A stretch of DNA of 62,154 nucleotides, counting the filler, from Choristocarpus tenellus KU-1152 (taxonomy: Eukaryota > Protista > Phaeophyceae): NCBI GenBank assembly GCA_964200185.2. It is 10 parts of 10 records of this genome, joined end to end, with 100 filler letters (N's around TTAATTAATTAA, not from the genome) between each part and the next. Parts side by side here need not be neighbours in the genome. Positions count along the whole stretch, not along the records: positions 39,953 to 48,890 come from CAXNAD020004178.1; positions 48,991 to 53,313 come from CAXNAD020015119.1; positions 53,414 to 62,154 come from CAXNAD020004381.1; 7 more parts are not named here. One strand, 5' to 3'. Below are positions 43,602-54,555 of the stretch, one piece after another. The translations under genes were made by a program, and so were the position numbers. Every line of letters begins with the position of its first letter. Position 1 is the first letter of the stretch. The notes beneath the pieces were generated by a model. The model had not been told where the DNA came from. It searched no databases and worked only from the letters and a program-made list of their open reading frames with translations.

Positions 43602-46199
43602 CCTTCCAAGAATGGATGCTCCCCCAACGTAGATGAAGAACGGGACCTTACTTAATCAACCTGATTGTTGGCCCCAACTACCTACAAAGTAGGTGCTGGT
43701 CGAAACACCTTCAAGTGCTGGCCACAAGCTCACACTGGTAGAAAAACAGGTAGGTCAGGAGAGTTGAAACGATACCCAGGGACAACATGGATGGGAACGT
43801 TTATGGCGACATGTCAGCAAAAATTGAAATAATACGCTTTTCTGTACGCAATTTAGTCGAATTACATCCCACTTCTGATATTTAACTCAAAATGAAAGGG
43901 AAGGGGGGAAAATAGTGATACCGTGACGTGCGATGTGTAGGCGAAGGTATGCCAAAAACCTCCCCATACACAAGTTTGGCCTTGCAACCGAGAATACTCC
44001 AATGGAACATATGATTGGCATACAAAGACAAGCAACTTCATCAATCTAGGTCATGATAACGCGCAAGGTTGTCTAACATTGGCTCCGAATTAGGTGTGCC
44101 GTATCCCCATGCACCAAGTGGATCGAACGTGAGTCATATCCACTTGTTTTCAACAAGGTACAATCGAACAGTGATGGCTTCATATTCCCATCAGTTCGCA
44201 AGGTGGATAATCCTTGTTGGCTCATGTGAGTGCCAGTTGAGGTGAATAGTCGACTGAGCTGGGACAAAAGAACTCCACCTACCAAACAATCCCAAGAACC
44301 ACACACAACCCTCATGAGCTCTCAGCGGAAAAGGGGAAAAGCATTTCTGACCGTGCTTGTTTGCTAGTGCATAACCGGGTGTCGAGAAATGAGATATTAT
44401 CGCATAGGTCCTACAATAACACCTTTAGAGTCGTTTTATGGACCGATGTCGTGACCTTGATAAAACTCATTTACGGAATAAGTCAACGATTCCCAGCGCC
44501 ACAATGGCATACCCGTTCTTCCCAACGGAATCAACGGGGTCGAGGTTAGAAAAACGGCCTGGCAGTATAGCCTCACTGAAAGCCGTTGATGTCTCACAAC
44601 TGTCTTACCCTTCTCCTGTTGAATCCAAGCAATTCCCCTCTAAACGTCAAACACTACACTATTATCGGCGTAAGAGAAGGATACAAAGGTGAGCGACGTG
44701 GAGAGAGGAAAGTGAGATCTGTTTCCCTCTCTCAGGTCCTATCATGCTTGCAGAGGTACCAACCTGTCAACCTTCCTCTCTGGAAATTGCATCTAATCTT
44801 ACCTACCTCCTATGCCCACACAGAAACAACCTCTCCCCTCTTTGACCACTCTATATAACTGTTCCTCACCTTGAAGGGTGAGTGAGAGGTTATTCGTTCA
44901 GTATGGCAGGGCTAATTTTAGATCCTTTAGGTCCTCTCCTCTCTCCATATTCTCTCCAACCCTCCACAATTTTTCTCTGAGAACGTGTTGTTTACAGAAA
45001 GAAAACAGATAGAAGAGAGGAGAGTAGGATTCAGGACTAATATATAGAATATAATGTGGGGGTGCAACGGAAACCATTTACAACAATGTTAGTGTTCATA
45101 TAAATAATATAATCTAAGGATATTAATATATATAATTGAAAACAATATTAATACTTCTAGTACGTACTAGGATATATATGGAAAGTCCAACTATCATGAA
45201 CACTTTAAATTGTATAATATATTGATAGAATAGTATATATAATTGAAATTAAGTTTGTTGACATATATATCAGTATAGAAATTACTTTCATACATCTGAA
45301 CGGTTGACTGTTCGTTTGTTAAGAGATATTTCTGAATGATCGGGTAATTTATTTGGTGGCGGTGTAATATGAAACGCTGTGCAATGTGTGATGAGAAGTA
45401 TATTTTGTTTTTGGTCACGAATTTGGATGTTAATCTGAACAAAAGACCAAGTTTCCTGAAAGTTTTTATTGGTCAATACAAAGTAACCAGTTGGTTCTAA
45501 CCATCAGTTGCTTCACCTACTCAACAAATTATTTTCAACTCAAAACCGTATGTTTTAGCTCACGATTTTGGATTATTAACCGCCAGTCAACCGATCTGAC
45601 TTCTACCTCCCCACCCTTTCTTTGTATCTCAAGGAGTTAGAACAGTACATTGCATAAATCTCTGCAACGAAGTTTGGTATAGAACATACTACATTGTATA
45701 ACTTTATAGTATACATTCAATGTACCTATATAAGAGAGGTCGATATTAGAGAAAACGGGATATAAGAGAGGGTAAATTGCCTTGTCACAACTTTTCATCT
45801 TGCAAGAGAGGTTTCGGCGTTTTCCTCCCAATACTTTCTTATATCGAGCAAACTTTCATTTTTTTCAGTACTTCATAAAAAATTCCCAAAAAGCAATGTC
45901 TAAAGTTAACCAAAATATAACACACTAAGGTGCTCGACACCACCAATACACAATATTTTTTCTCAAAACTGCACAATAGAGTACATACAGTGTGTCAGAT
46001 CAAGGTTTAGATTACTGCAATGTACAGATACAACGATGCCCTGCGTAGCGGGATCCAGCAGCAACATGCAGGGTAATACTCCTGATCCGCCACACTATAC
46101 ATCCCAAAAATGTCGCATCGTAGCGGCTATCTTTGTGGTATTTGGGGCGTCGCGGATCCTTTTGGTACCAACGAAGTAAAACGCGTGCGCAATTGTGCG

Positions 46200-46449
46200 T
46201 GAGCCCCACCAAGCGCAAGGCTTCGAGTCCTCCAGCCAGTGATAACACGGCGTCAAAGCGCCATGATAACAAGAACAAGGGCAAGGGGAAGGTGCTGCCA
46301 AATATATCTGGTGCCGACAATCGTAAACGCTTGGGCTTTGCAGAGGAGTTGGAAGCATTGAAACTCCTGAAGACCATGACGGGAATGAACAATGTTTCGA
46401 TGGAGCAGGACTCAAGCCATCTCTACATACCTTCATTCCTACAAATTCT
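46200..46449 (+). pseudogene. Possible pogo/Tigger-type transposase N-terminal remnant interrupted by the Copia LTR
   Basis: A basic NLS-like stretch is followed by NRKRLGFAEELEALKLL, reminiscent of the CENP-B/psq-type HTH start (RKRL...EK...I..L). The sequence ends at the LTR edge. Confidence 0.3.
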
Positions 46450-46566
46450 TGTGAGGGCATGTATGCAAAAGAGAGCTATTCTACTCTACTCAGTCAATAC
46501 ATTTGTAGTATTCCAAGGTTCACTAAAAATATAAATCCCTATAGACTGCCTAGCCTATATTGCACA
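46450..46566 (-). repeat. Putative 3' LTR (117 bp, TGTG...CACA)
   Basis: Starts with TG immediately after the PPT and ends CA with 4-bp inverted termini. The 5' LTR is not in the window to confirm the boundary. Confidence 0.6.
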
Positions 46567-48890
46567 CTCCCCCGTGAGCGTGCAGCAAAGTTGCTGACTA
46601 AAGCTCACTCTCGACGTGAAAGCACTGAATGCACAAAATCAGAAATAAAACTCTTGCGTGAAGACTTGGTTAACACGTCTGCCAATTGCTTGCTTGTTGG
46701 AATATACTCGATGTGAAATATGCCTTGATTTACATACTCTCTGGTACACTTCAACTTCATATCTATGTGCTTAGTCCTGCCATTGAAGCCTGTGATGCTT
46801 CCCACCTGAATAGCACCACGGTTGTCACAGAACCAGGGAGTCTGATCCTGTAGTGTGCCTATCCCCCCCAGAATGCCTCTAATGAAAATGTAGTGGCGCA
46901 TGCCATATGCCGTTGCTGTCCACTCTGCCTCCGAGCTGGAGAGGGTGACTGCGCCTTGAAGTTTGGAGTGCCAGGCAATCGGCGACTTGTTGAACAGTAG
47001 CAAGTAGCCTGTGACACTTCTGTGTGTTTGGGAGTCTGTGCCCCAGTCAGAATCTCCATAACCCACCAGGAGTTCTTCGTCCCTCTCGTTCATATCTTTA
47101 TCCGCTCAATCATAAAGAATGCAGACATCCAATGTCCCTGCTACGTAGCGCAGAACGTGCTGTAGTCCGCGCCAGTGTCGCATGCATGGAGATGCTGCTC
47201 TACGCCCCAGTTCACGTATGCTGTTAGCCAGATCGGGTCGATTCATGCCTGCTAAGAACATAAGTTTCCCAAGAATACTGGCATAGGGGTATATAATGGG
47301 ATCTAGCTCCTCCTCATGATCTTGTTTAGCAGAGAGGTCCATGCCGGGCGGGGTCCAGTGGTGTTGATGTTTTTCGTACTTCTAAAGTACCCATCCCAGC
47401 CATAACAATGCTTTTAGCGTACATTTGTTGATCCAAGGTGATTCCATCTTCACCCACAGTGATGCCCACCCCAATCAGCTTGTCTGGCGTACCTAGGTCC
47501 CGCCCCTCGTACTTTTCCAGCAGTGATGCCCTCATCCTCTGGATTTCTTCTGTGAAGTTCCCAATGGTGAAAGTGTCGTCCACATAGGTCGTGAGAATAG
47601 CAATGCGTCCATCTTCACTCTTCTTGAAGTAGAGGCACTCGTCATGTTGGCTGCTTGTCCATCCTTCTGATATAATGGTACTGCGTAGTTTATGGTACCA
47701 TTCCATTGCTGACTGCTTCAGCCCATAGATTGCTTTCTCGGCCTTGACTGTGCAGCCATCAGGAAGCTCCAACCAGATGTCCTCCTGCAGATCAGCGTTG
47801 AGGTAGGCCTGTGTAAAGTCCAGGGCATCTATGCTCCAACCTCTGTACGCTGCAACTGATATGATGCATCGTAGTGTGTCATATCCAACCACCGGGCTGA
47901 AGGTTTCAAAGAAGTCCACTCCTGCATTTTGGGTGAACCCACGGGCCACAAGTCTAGCCTTATATCTTTCCACTGACCCGTCTGATGAGCGCTTGATCTT
48001 GAAGACAAATCGTGTCTTGATAGCTTTCCTCCCTTGGGGCAGGGCCTTGTCACTAAAAGTCCCTTTTTGCCATAGCCCTGACATTTCCTTCTCCATTGCC
48101 TCTTGCCACTGCTCTGCATCTGGCCCATTCAAGGCCGCCTTTGTTGTGGATGGCTCGTCTGGACCTGCTGTTACTTCCCCCATGAGACCCATAAAACAGT
48201 ACACTTCTTCGTTGTTCTGCTGCATAAGGGTTGATACGAAGTGGTTCATTTCCATTTCCTCATCCTCTTCCTGGGCACACATTTGGCATGTGTGGGCCAT
48301 CCGCCGGCGCTGCTCCAGCCTGGCAGATTTCCGCCTCTCAGAGTGTGGGGTCAAGCGTTTGGTTGCCATTTGTGCGGCCCTATCCATGCGTTGGCGTTGT
48401 CCCATCCTGGGAATTTCTTGACTGTGTGGGGAAGCTGGGCGCTTTGCATTTTGAGTCCCACGTCCAATATTTGGGTTCTCACCCCCAGTCATGTCTGCCT
48501 CGCTCCCTGCTGTGGAAGCCTCTTCTTCGTCTTGTGTATCCATGTTCATGTCTACATCAAATTCTGACTCTAGCTCTGGCTCCCCCACTAGCTCCAGCAG
48601 TTTGACTTCAGGCTGGAAAGTCATCTGTGCTGAGGTCACCAGCTTGTCTAGACAGTGTTGCTCTCCTCTGGCGACTAACGATCTGAAGGTGTCCTTTACC
48701 TCCACAGTTGTTTCTGGATGTCCTTATCACCATCGCTGCGGCCCCCCCTTCTGTGGCCTGTCTCAGCAGGAAACACAAGGCCTCACGATGCCCTCCATAA
48801 TCTTGCTCCTATTTGAGCCAGGCAGCCCTCCATCGGGCTGCTGATACTCTCATGAGTACTGATCACCATCGCTGCGGCCCCCCTTTTGTG
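46450..48890 (-). mobile_element. Ty1/Copia LTR retrotransposon, 3' half (RT, RNase H, PPT, 3' LTR); defective
   Basis: RT motifs W.EAM.KEM, FVFKIKR...ERYKARLVARGFTQ, DFFETFSPV, LDFTQAYLNA, KAIYGLKQS, YVDD. RNase H motifs GYGDSDW, SSSEAE, CDNRGAI, RTKHID, QLADVLTK. There is a frameshift at 47345-47352 and an in-frame TGA at 47106-47108. PPT GGGGGAG at 46567-46573. Confidence 0.95.
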
Positions 48891-48990
48891 NNNNNNNNNN
48901 NNNNNNNNNNNNNNNNNNNNNNNNNNNNNNNNNNTTAATTAATTAANNNNNNNNNNNNNNNNNNNNNNNNNNNNNNNNNNNNNNNNNNNN

Positions 48991-49033
48991 CCCCCTCACA
49001 TACCACCACCCCCCCCCCCAGATACTTTGACCC
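48991..49033. mobile_element. MITE subfamily B terminus at contig start
   Basis: Reverse complement of about 22082-22122 (CCCCCTCACA...CCCAGATACTTTGACCC). Confidence 0.75.
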
Positions 49034-51372
49034 ACGGGTGAAGAAGAAACTGAGTGTACTGAGTCCTATGCATGCCCAAGGCATATAATATGTATGTTTT
49101 TGAAAGTGTCCGGTGCTACTGTTGGAGTTGATGCTCTGCAAGGCATTTATGCACTATATACCAACACATATATGTACTCCAAAACACACACACGCAGTAC
49201 TGATAATTTCATACACTTCCACCCACCCTCTGCTTTCTGTCTCGTTCAGCGTGGGAGCTGTCCCCCCTGCATCGGTTTCAGTTCCCTTACCGCCCTTTGT
49301 GGTCAGGTTTAGAGCTGAGGGGTGTGACGCTTGGGACAGTGCTCCCATGAACCCTTTCCCAGCTGGAACGTTTTGTTTTGGGGCTGGGGCAGGTTCAGAA
49401 GATGCCTCAGATGGAACTGGGGGGGCGGGAGGTCTTGTATTTGACCAAATTAATGGGAAACCATTCTCATTACAGGTGTTATCCCCCATAGAGTCACAGA
49501 GGGGAGAACGTGGGGATATGGGTGGAGGGAGAGGTCAAGGCAGGAATAGGTGCGGAGTGGAGACATCATAGAGATCCTGTTTGTTTGTGGTAGGGGTGAA
49601 GGATATAAAATTTTGACCCTGCCGAGATTTGATGAAAGGGAACTCTTTCAAGGCTTGAGGACACAGTCCATTTTAATACAGATATATGAGTAAGGCAACC
49701 TTTGAGCTAGTGCAATTGCAACTGCCATACGTTTATGTGTCCCACCAGTGTCCTTTTCCCCTCGACACCTACTTCCAGTGACCTGACTCTTCTCCCAATC
49801 ATAAAGGTGCTGACTTATGGTGGAAGATATAGACTATTCATTTTGCTCTTGGCTACTGTGCTATTTGCATCGTGCAGTACTCACTGCTGTGGACTGGAAC
49901 TGTGTACCGAGTACCTCTTTTGATTGAGGTAGACTCTTCTTTTGTAGACCCCACTGCCATTTGGAAATTATGTGTGGTTGAGTACGGTTACAGGTCCTGT
50001 CGTGGAGACAGGTAGATGAGGAAATGTTTTGGTCTAGAAGGGTTTTGCCTCTGCAATTGAGCAACGCTACCATTCTTCACGGCCTAGATCACAACATGCC
50101 CCAGAGTTCGAAGTGCAAGGCTACAAACTCCTGCATCTGGCACCATTTTTTCACACCCATCCTTGCGTTGCCTTTCCTCCTTACCAGACCTTCAGAAGTG
50201 GGACTGCCCCTGGCCCTGGATCTTACCCTAACAGAAGATCGGATCTCATCCCCAGAAGGACCCCCAGCCTGGAAGTCGCTCCCCACCCGGGAGCCTTTTC
50301 CCACCTCCAAGTTATTGCCTCTATGAGAGGGCTCTCCTGGCTGTAGTTGGTCCTCCACAGCAACAGAGGCTAGCCGCGGGGGTGATTTCGGTCTCTGAAC
50401 CTTCTCCTTCCCCTACCATGCCACCCCCCAAGGAGTCATCACCACCCTGGATGACATTGCATACCACCAAGGGAGATGGTCCTCTGGCATCAGGCCTGTA
50501 GCTGCAGGACCTGCTCCTGCCCATTCCTCTGGCCCTAGGAGCTGCTCCAGCCCGAGCCATTGCCCTGGCCTTCACTATACCCCTCCAGAGGACTATACCA
50601 GCGATGCTCATACCACATACCAGGTATGGGAGACATGCTTGGTAGCTGTGCATCATGTGGTCAGAGGAGCAGGGGGTCAAGGGGGAAAGGAAAGGAGTAG
50701 TGGTCAGCCCAAGTGAATCAGGGAGGCATTTTAACAAGAAATATTGGTAGTGCAGGGTCAGAGGAAAGTGAAGATTGTAGATTAGATCAGATCATCTGGC
50801 AACGAAGGTGAGGTCAGAAAAGGAGGACTTATAGAAGGCAGTGCCCTGGACATGGATTGTATTATGGTCAGCACACAAATCAAGGGCAAGGAGGCTGACA
50901 GGTCATTATCACACCAATAGAGGAGGTGTTGGTTCCCTTGGGAGTAGTATGTGGAGCCAAAAAGGGTGCAATGTTATTTTTTATGTGTTTGATGACATAG
51001 GTTGGTGTAAGAGGGGTTGGGTGACTGGTTTGTTTCTCGTGCGCAGTTTCTTTCATTGGATATTCGCACCAGAGCGGCCTAACTTGTTCGCAATTGTAGA
51101 CAAGAAAATCACAAGCTTGACTCCTTCCTGACCTCTCCAACAGGGCACTGCACTCTATTGATACCACATCATATTCCGCTTGCTGAAAAGGTTCTTGAAT
51201 TTCAAGAATTATTCATTGCTCAGATCTTTCATCTGCTCAGTGTGCATCTGATGCCTTCCAATTTAGGGTGTGCACAATACATTGATCAACCAGACGTAGC
51301 CACTCTCTGGGGTATAGGGTGCGGATTGTTTTATGAAATTTCCGGGGGATAGGGAGATTCTATAGATCTGCT

Positions 51373-51629
51373 GAGCCAAAGTATCTTAGAGGGTAGAGCC
51401 GCGTCCATTTGGGGGCCAAAATCCAATGTGGCGATTCTGATGTAATTTTGGCTATCGTGTTTGTTAGGAAGTGTCAGTATCCTTGTTCCAGATACACCTT
51501 TTCAAAAGGTGTACATTTTACCCACACCAGAATATTTTGGATTAGAAAAATGTCATAAGAACCCATTGGAAGTCAAGTCCCACATGGACAAACATGGCAA
51601 AACTCGCACCCTCTAAGATACTTTCACTC
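51373..51629 (+). mobile_element. Full MITE subfamily A with perfect 4-bp TSD (TGCT)
   Basis: Same TIRs as 31441. TGCT at 51369-51372 and 51630-51633. Confidence 0.9.
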
Positions 51630-51653
51630 TGCTGTGGTTGCTATGTATGACCT

Positions 51654-51882
51654 GAGCCAAAGCATTTCAGAGAGTAGGACCGCGTTCGATCGGGTCATAA
51701 ATTCAATGTGTTTGATAGCAAGTGTCAATATCCTTGGTCCGGACACACATTTCATAGTCATACACATTTTACGAAACTGTGTTCACACAGAAAACCGAAA
51801 AAGGGCACAAAACATCCATGGGAAGCCATGCCCCAAATGTACTAACAAGGCAAACCTCCTACCCTCTTAAATGCTTTGGGTC
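51654..51882 (+). mobile_element. Older diverged relative of MITE subfamily A
   Basis: GAGCCAAAGCATTTCAGAGAGTAG ... CTACCCTCTTAAATGCTTTGGGTC. Flanks ACCT/ACCC. Internal motifs are shared (AAGTGTCAATATCCTTG, CCATGGGAAGCC). Confidence 0.75.
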
Positions 51883-52229
51883 ACCCACCTCGTCAAATAC
51901 CCATTAGGATCAGAGGTCCAGGAAAACATTCGCTAGAGGGAAGTGATGGTTTTTTCACAAATTTATCAATGATTCAGTCGTAGCATGAATGGTTTCTTGC
52001 TTCATTCACCTAAGGCAATGCACCGAAATACTCACAACAGTTGAATCTCACCAACCCTATCCATACCCCAACCTCAACAACTGAATACTTGCATGCTCAG
52101 TGAGATCTACGGCAGGACCATCACAGTTTGTGGTACTTCAAACTGAAAAAATCAGAAGGACGGCAAGTACGATGTGCAGAAATTATCACATGACCAGATT
52201 GAGGAAATAGGTTAGTCTCAGTGTGCTTC

Positions 52230-53020
52230 TACCCTTCTTCCAGCGATCAAATCCTTTATTTCCCCAAACATTGTGAATATTCACTCTTGAATTCATGGGT
52301 TGACATGATCTTTCTTGCCCACAGGGAAAACATGGGGTACTGCTATTCACCATCCCCAACTAGTATTGGACAATAGCCTTGGAAAAGAACATGAAAGGAA
52401 TCCACAATCGACATCCTTGTTCTGACTGGCTCTTATTGAGTGAATTGGATCCCTTCAAAGAGGGATACTAGTATTGAACATGTGTTTTGGTGCTCTGTGA
52501 GGTGTATCAACTATCCACTCAACAAGCTTTACAAGAAAAAAATGATCAACATACTACTATTTTCATCATGTGTAGTACTTTGGAAGTGCTTGTTATTCTG
52601 AGGTTGTACGTGCATGCAAGCAGTATAGTTGTTCAAGGAGATCAACATTTCTACATACATTTGTGCAAGAAAATTGAACCTCCTAAAGAACAGAAAGATT
52701 ATGAAAAGAATGCCGATTCCCACAAATGTTCACAAACGGATAGTTGGAACATCATTACATACATGAAGTAGGATACAATTCTTGGTCAAGAAAAAGTAAG
52801 GAACAAGGTACTGGTATAATACCAATCCTTGCACGCAATAGTGCAAGGTGTAACACAGAAACTGCAGAAAACTAATACCCACAAACCCCAATTTCGATAT
52901 GGAGGCTTCTTCATAAATGTCTTCCACACAAGTCAAATCCTGTACATATTCAACACCCAAGGTGTTGCTCTGGACGTTTTGAGGCCTTGAGGTGTCCCAA
53001 AATATTGTTAAGTTGCTCAC
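52230..53020 (-). pseudogene. Degenerate hAT-like transposase C-terminal remnant
   Basis: The minus strand at about 52260-52345 reads YPMFSLWARKIMST, then after a frameshift QE*IFTMFGEI. This resembles the hAT dimerisation motif YP.L...AR..LS...ER.FS. Confidence 0.4.
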
Positions 53021-53287
53021 CCACTACTTCATATATATAACTTCATGCCCACTCTAGTGCTGGAGGTCATGCTAAGGTGATCAACCTTTTGCATGCCATG
53101 TGTCTATGAGGTACAAATTTAGCACAGATAGACAAAGAATGCTAATATCAAACAAACATGGCATAACACACATTTGTTATAGGATTAAACATATCAGTTG
53201 CAACTAGATCTCTGGTGTATTATCTTCCCACTGACTTGTGTCACACTGCCTTTACTCTTACATTGCATGATAGCTGTTCCTCCTAGT

Positions 53288-53313
53288 GACCCAAAGTATC
53301 TGGGAGGGGGGGG
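53288..53313. mobile_element. Left end of AAAGTATCT-family MITE at contig end
   Basis: GACCCAAAGTATCTGGGAGGGGGGGG. Confidence 0.65.
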
Positions 53314-54555
53314 NNNNNNNNNNNNNNNNNNNNNNNNNNNNNNNNNNNNNNNNNNNNTTAATTAATTAANNNNNNNNNNNNNNNNNNNNNNNNNNNNNNN
53401 NNNNNNNNNNNNNAAATCCACGCAATCCCACCGATCGATATAGACCTAACATCCGTCCTAGCCCTATCGTTCGAGCGATATCTAAAAATGCACTTAATCC
53501 ACGAGATTACCGCAGGTACGCTACTCCGTCCCCGAACCGATAACTTTCCCCTTTTTATCGTGGTCTCCATGGGCTAACCATGTTTGTGGCATAACCGGCA
53601 CACTCTGCTCCTACGTTTCCACATCCTCTTGGCCTTTTGGCTCTAGCGTGGCCCTCAACCCTTTCCCTTGTTTCACCCCATCATTACGTCGTGTTCTATC
53701 TTTCGTACCTTTCTTCTCCTATGGATTTATTTTTCGATACCCCTTGTATTATATCTGACTCTACCTACTTCACTACCCGTATTCCCTACCTAACCTACAC
53801 CTATCCACACCGTTGTTCATCGTCTCACTCATCAGACCCCTTACCTTGTTGACGTTCTCTAACCATTTCTGTATCCGTTTCTCAAGCATCCCCACCCCTT
53901 CCCTCAAACCTTTCTCCCTTCTAGCTTTCGGAAAGATTGTTCTGGTTATGTCTTGATCCACTCCGGCGAGAAGCTTGCTCGGAGGTTGCCTTATCCTTCC
54001 CTCCTTATCTCGTACCCATTAATTTCCTGACTGCTATCCTCTGTTTCTGCCTACCCCTCGATTTCATTAACTCTCTCGTTCCATCCTTAACTATTCATTC
54101 TCTTCTTCTTTCTATTCTATCCCCACATTCATGATCTGTGCCCCCAGCCAACCAGAATCCTCCCGCCCACAAAACTCAGTTTACTTCATAAACAATCACC
54201 TTACTCACGTTCTGAGTCAGCATGTATCTATTTTGTATTATATCGTGATACTCTATCATATAGTGAAATTGAAATTGATCATCCTTGGACCTCTTCAATA
54301 TTCAAAAATAGTGGATTATTGTCGGATAATTAGTAGGGTAAATGAAATTGTACTTATTTGTCATCTCAAACATCCCCACCAATTCCCCAACCCAAACTCT
54401 CAGTCGTCCTACACACCAGTCCTACTTGTCCAACCTGACACTCTGTCTTCAACGACTTAGGTAAAACCGTCTATATATCAAAGGAAGAAACCAACCTCGT
54501 GTGCAACCTGATCTTCAGAAGAAACAAAACCGACAATAACGAAGCATAATTGACG

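Noticed and set aside
49154-50737. Low-complexity minus-strand ORFs including an ELM2-like RVGSDFQA motif
   Set aside because: The frames are interrupted by stops and lack a coherent exon chain. At best this is an unresolvable fragment or pseudogene.
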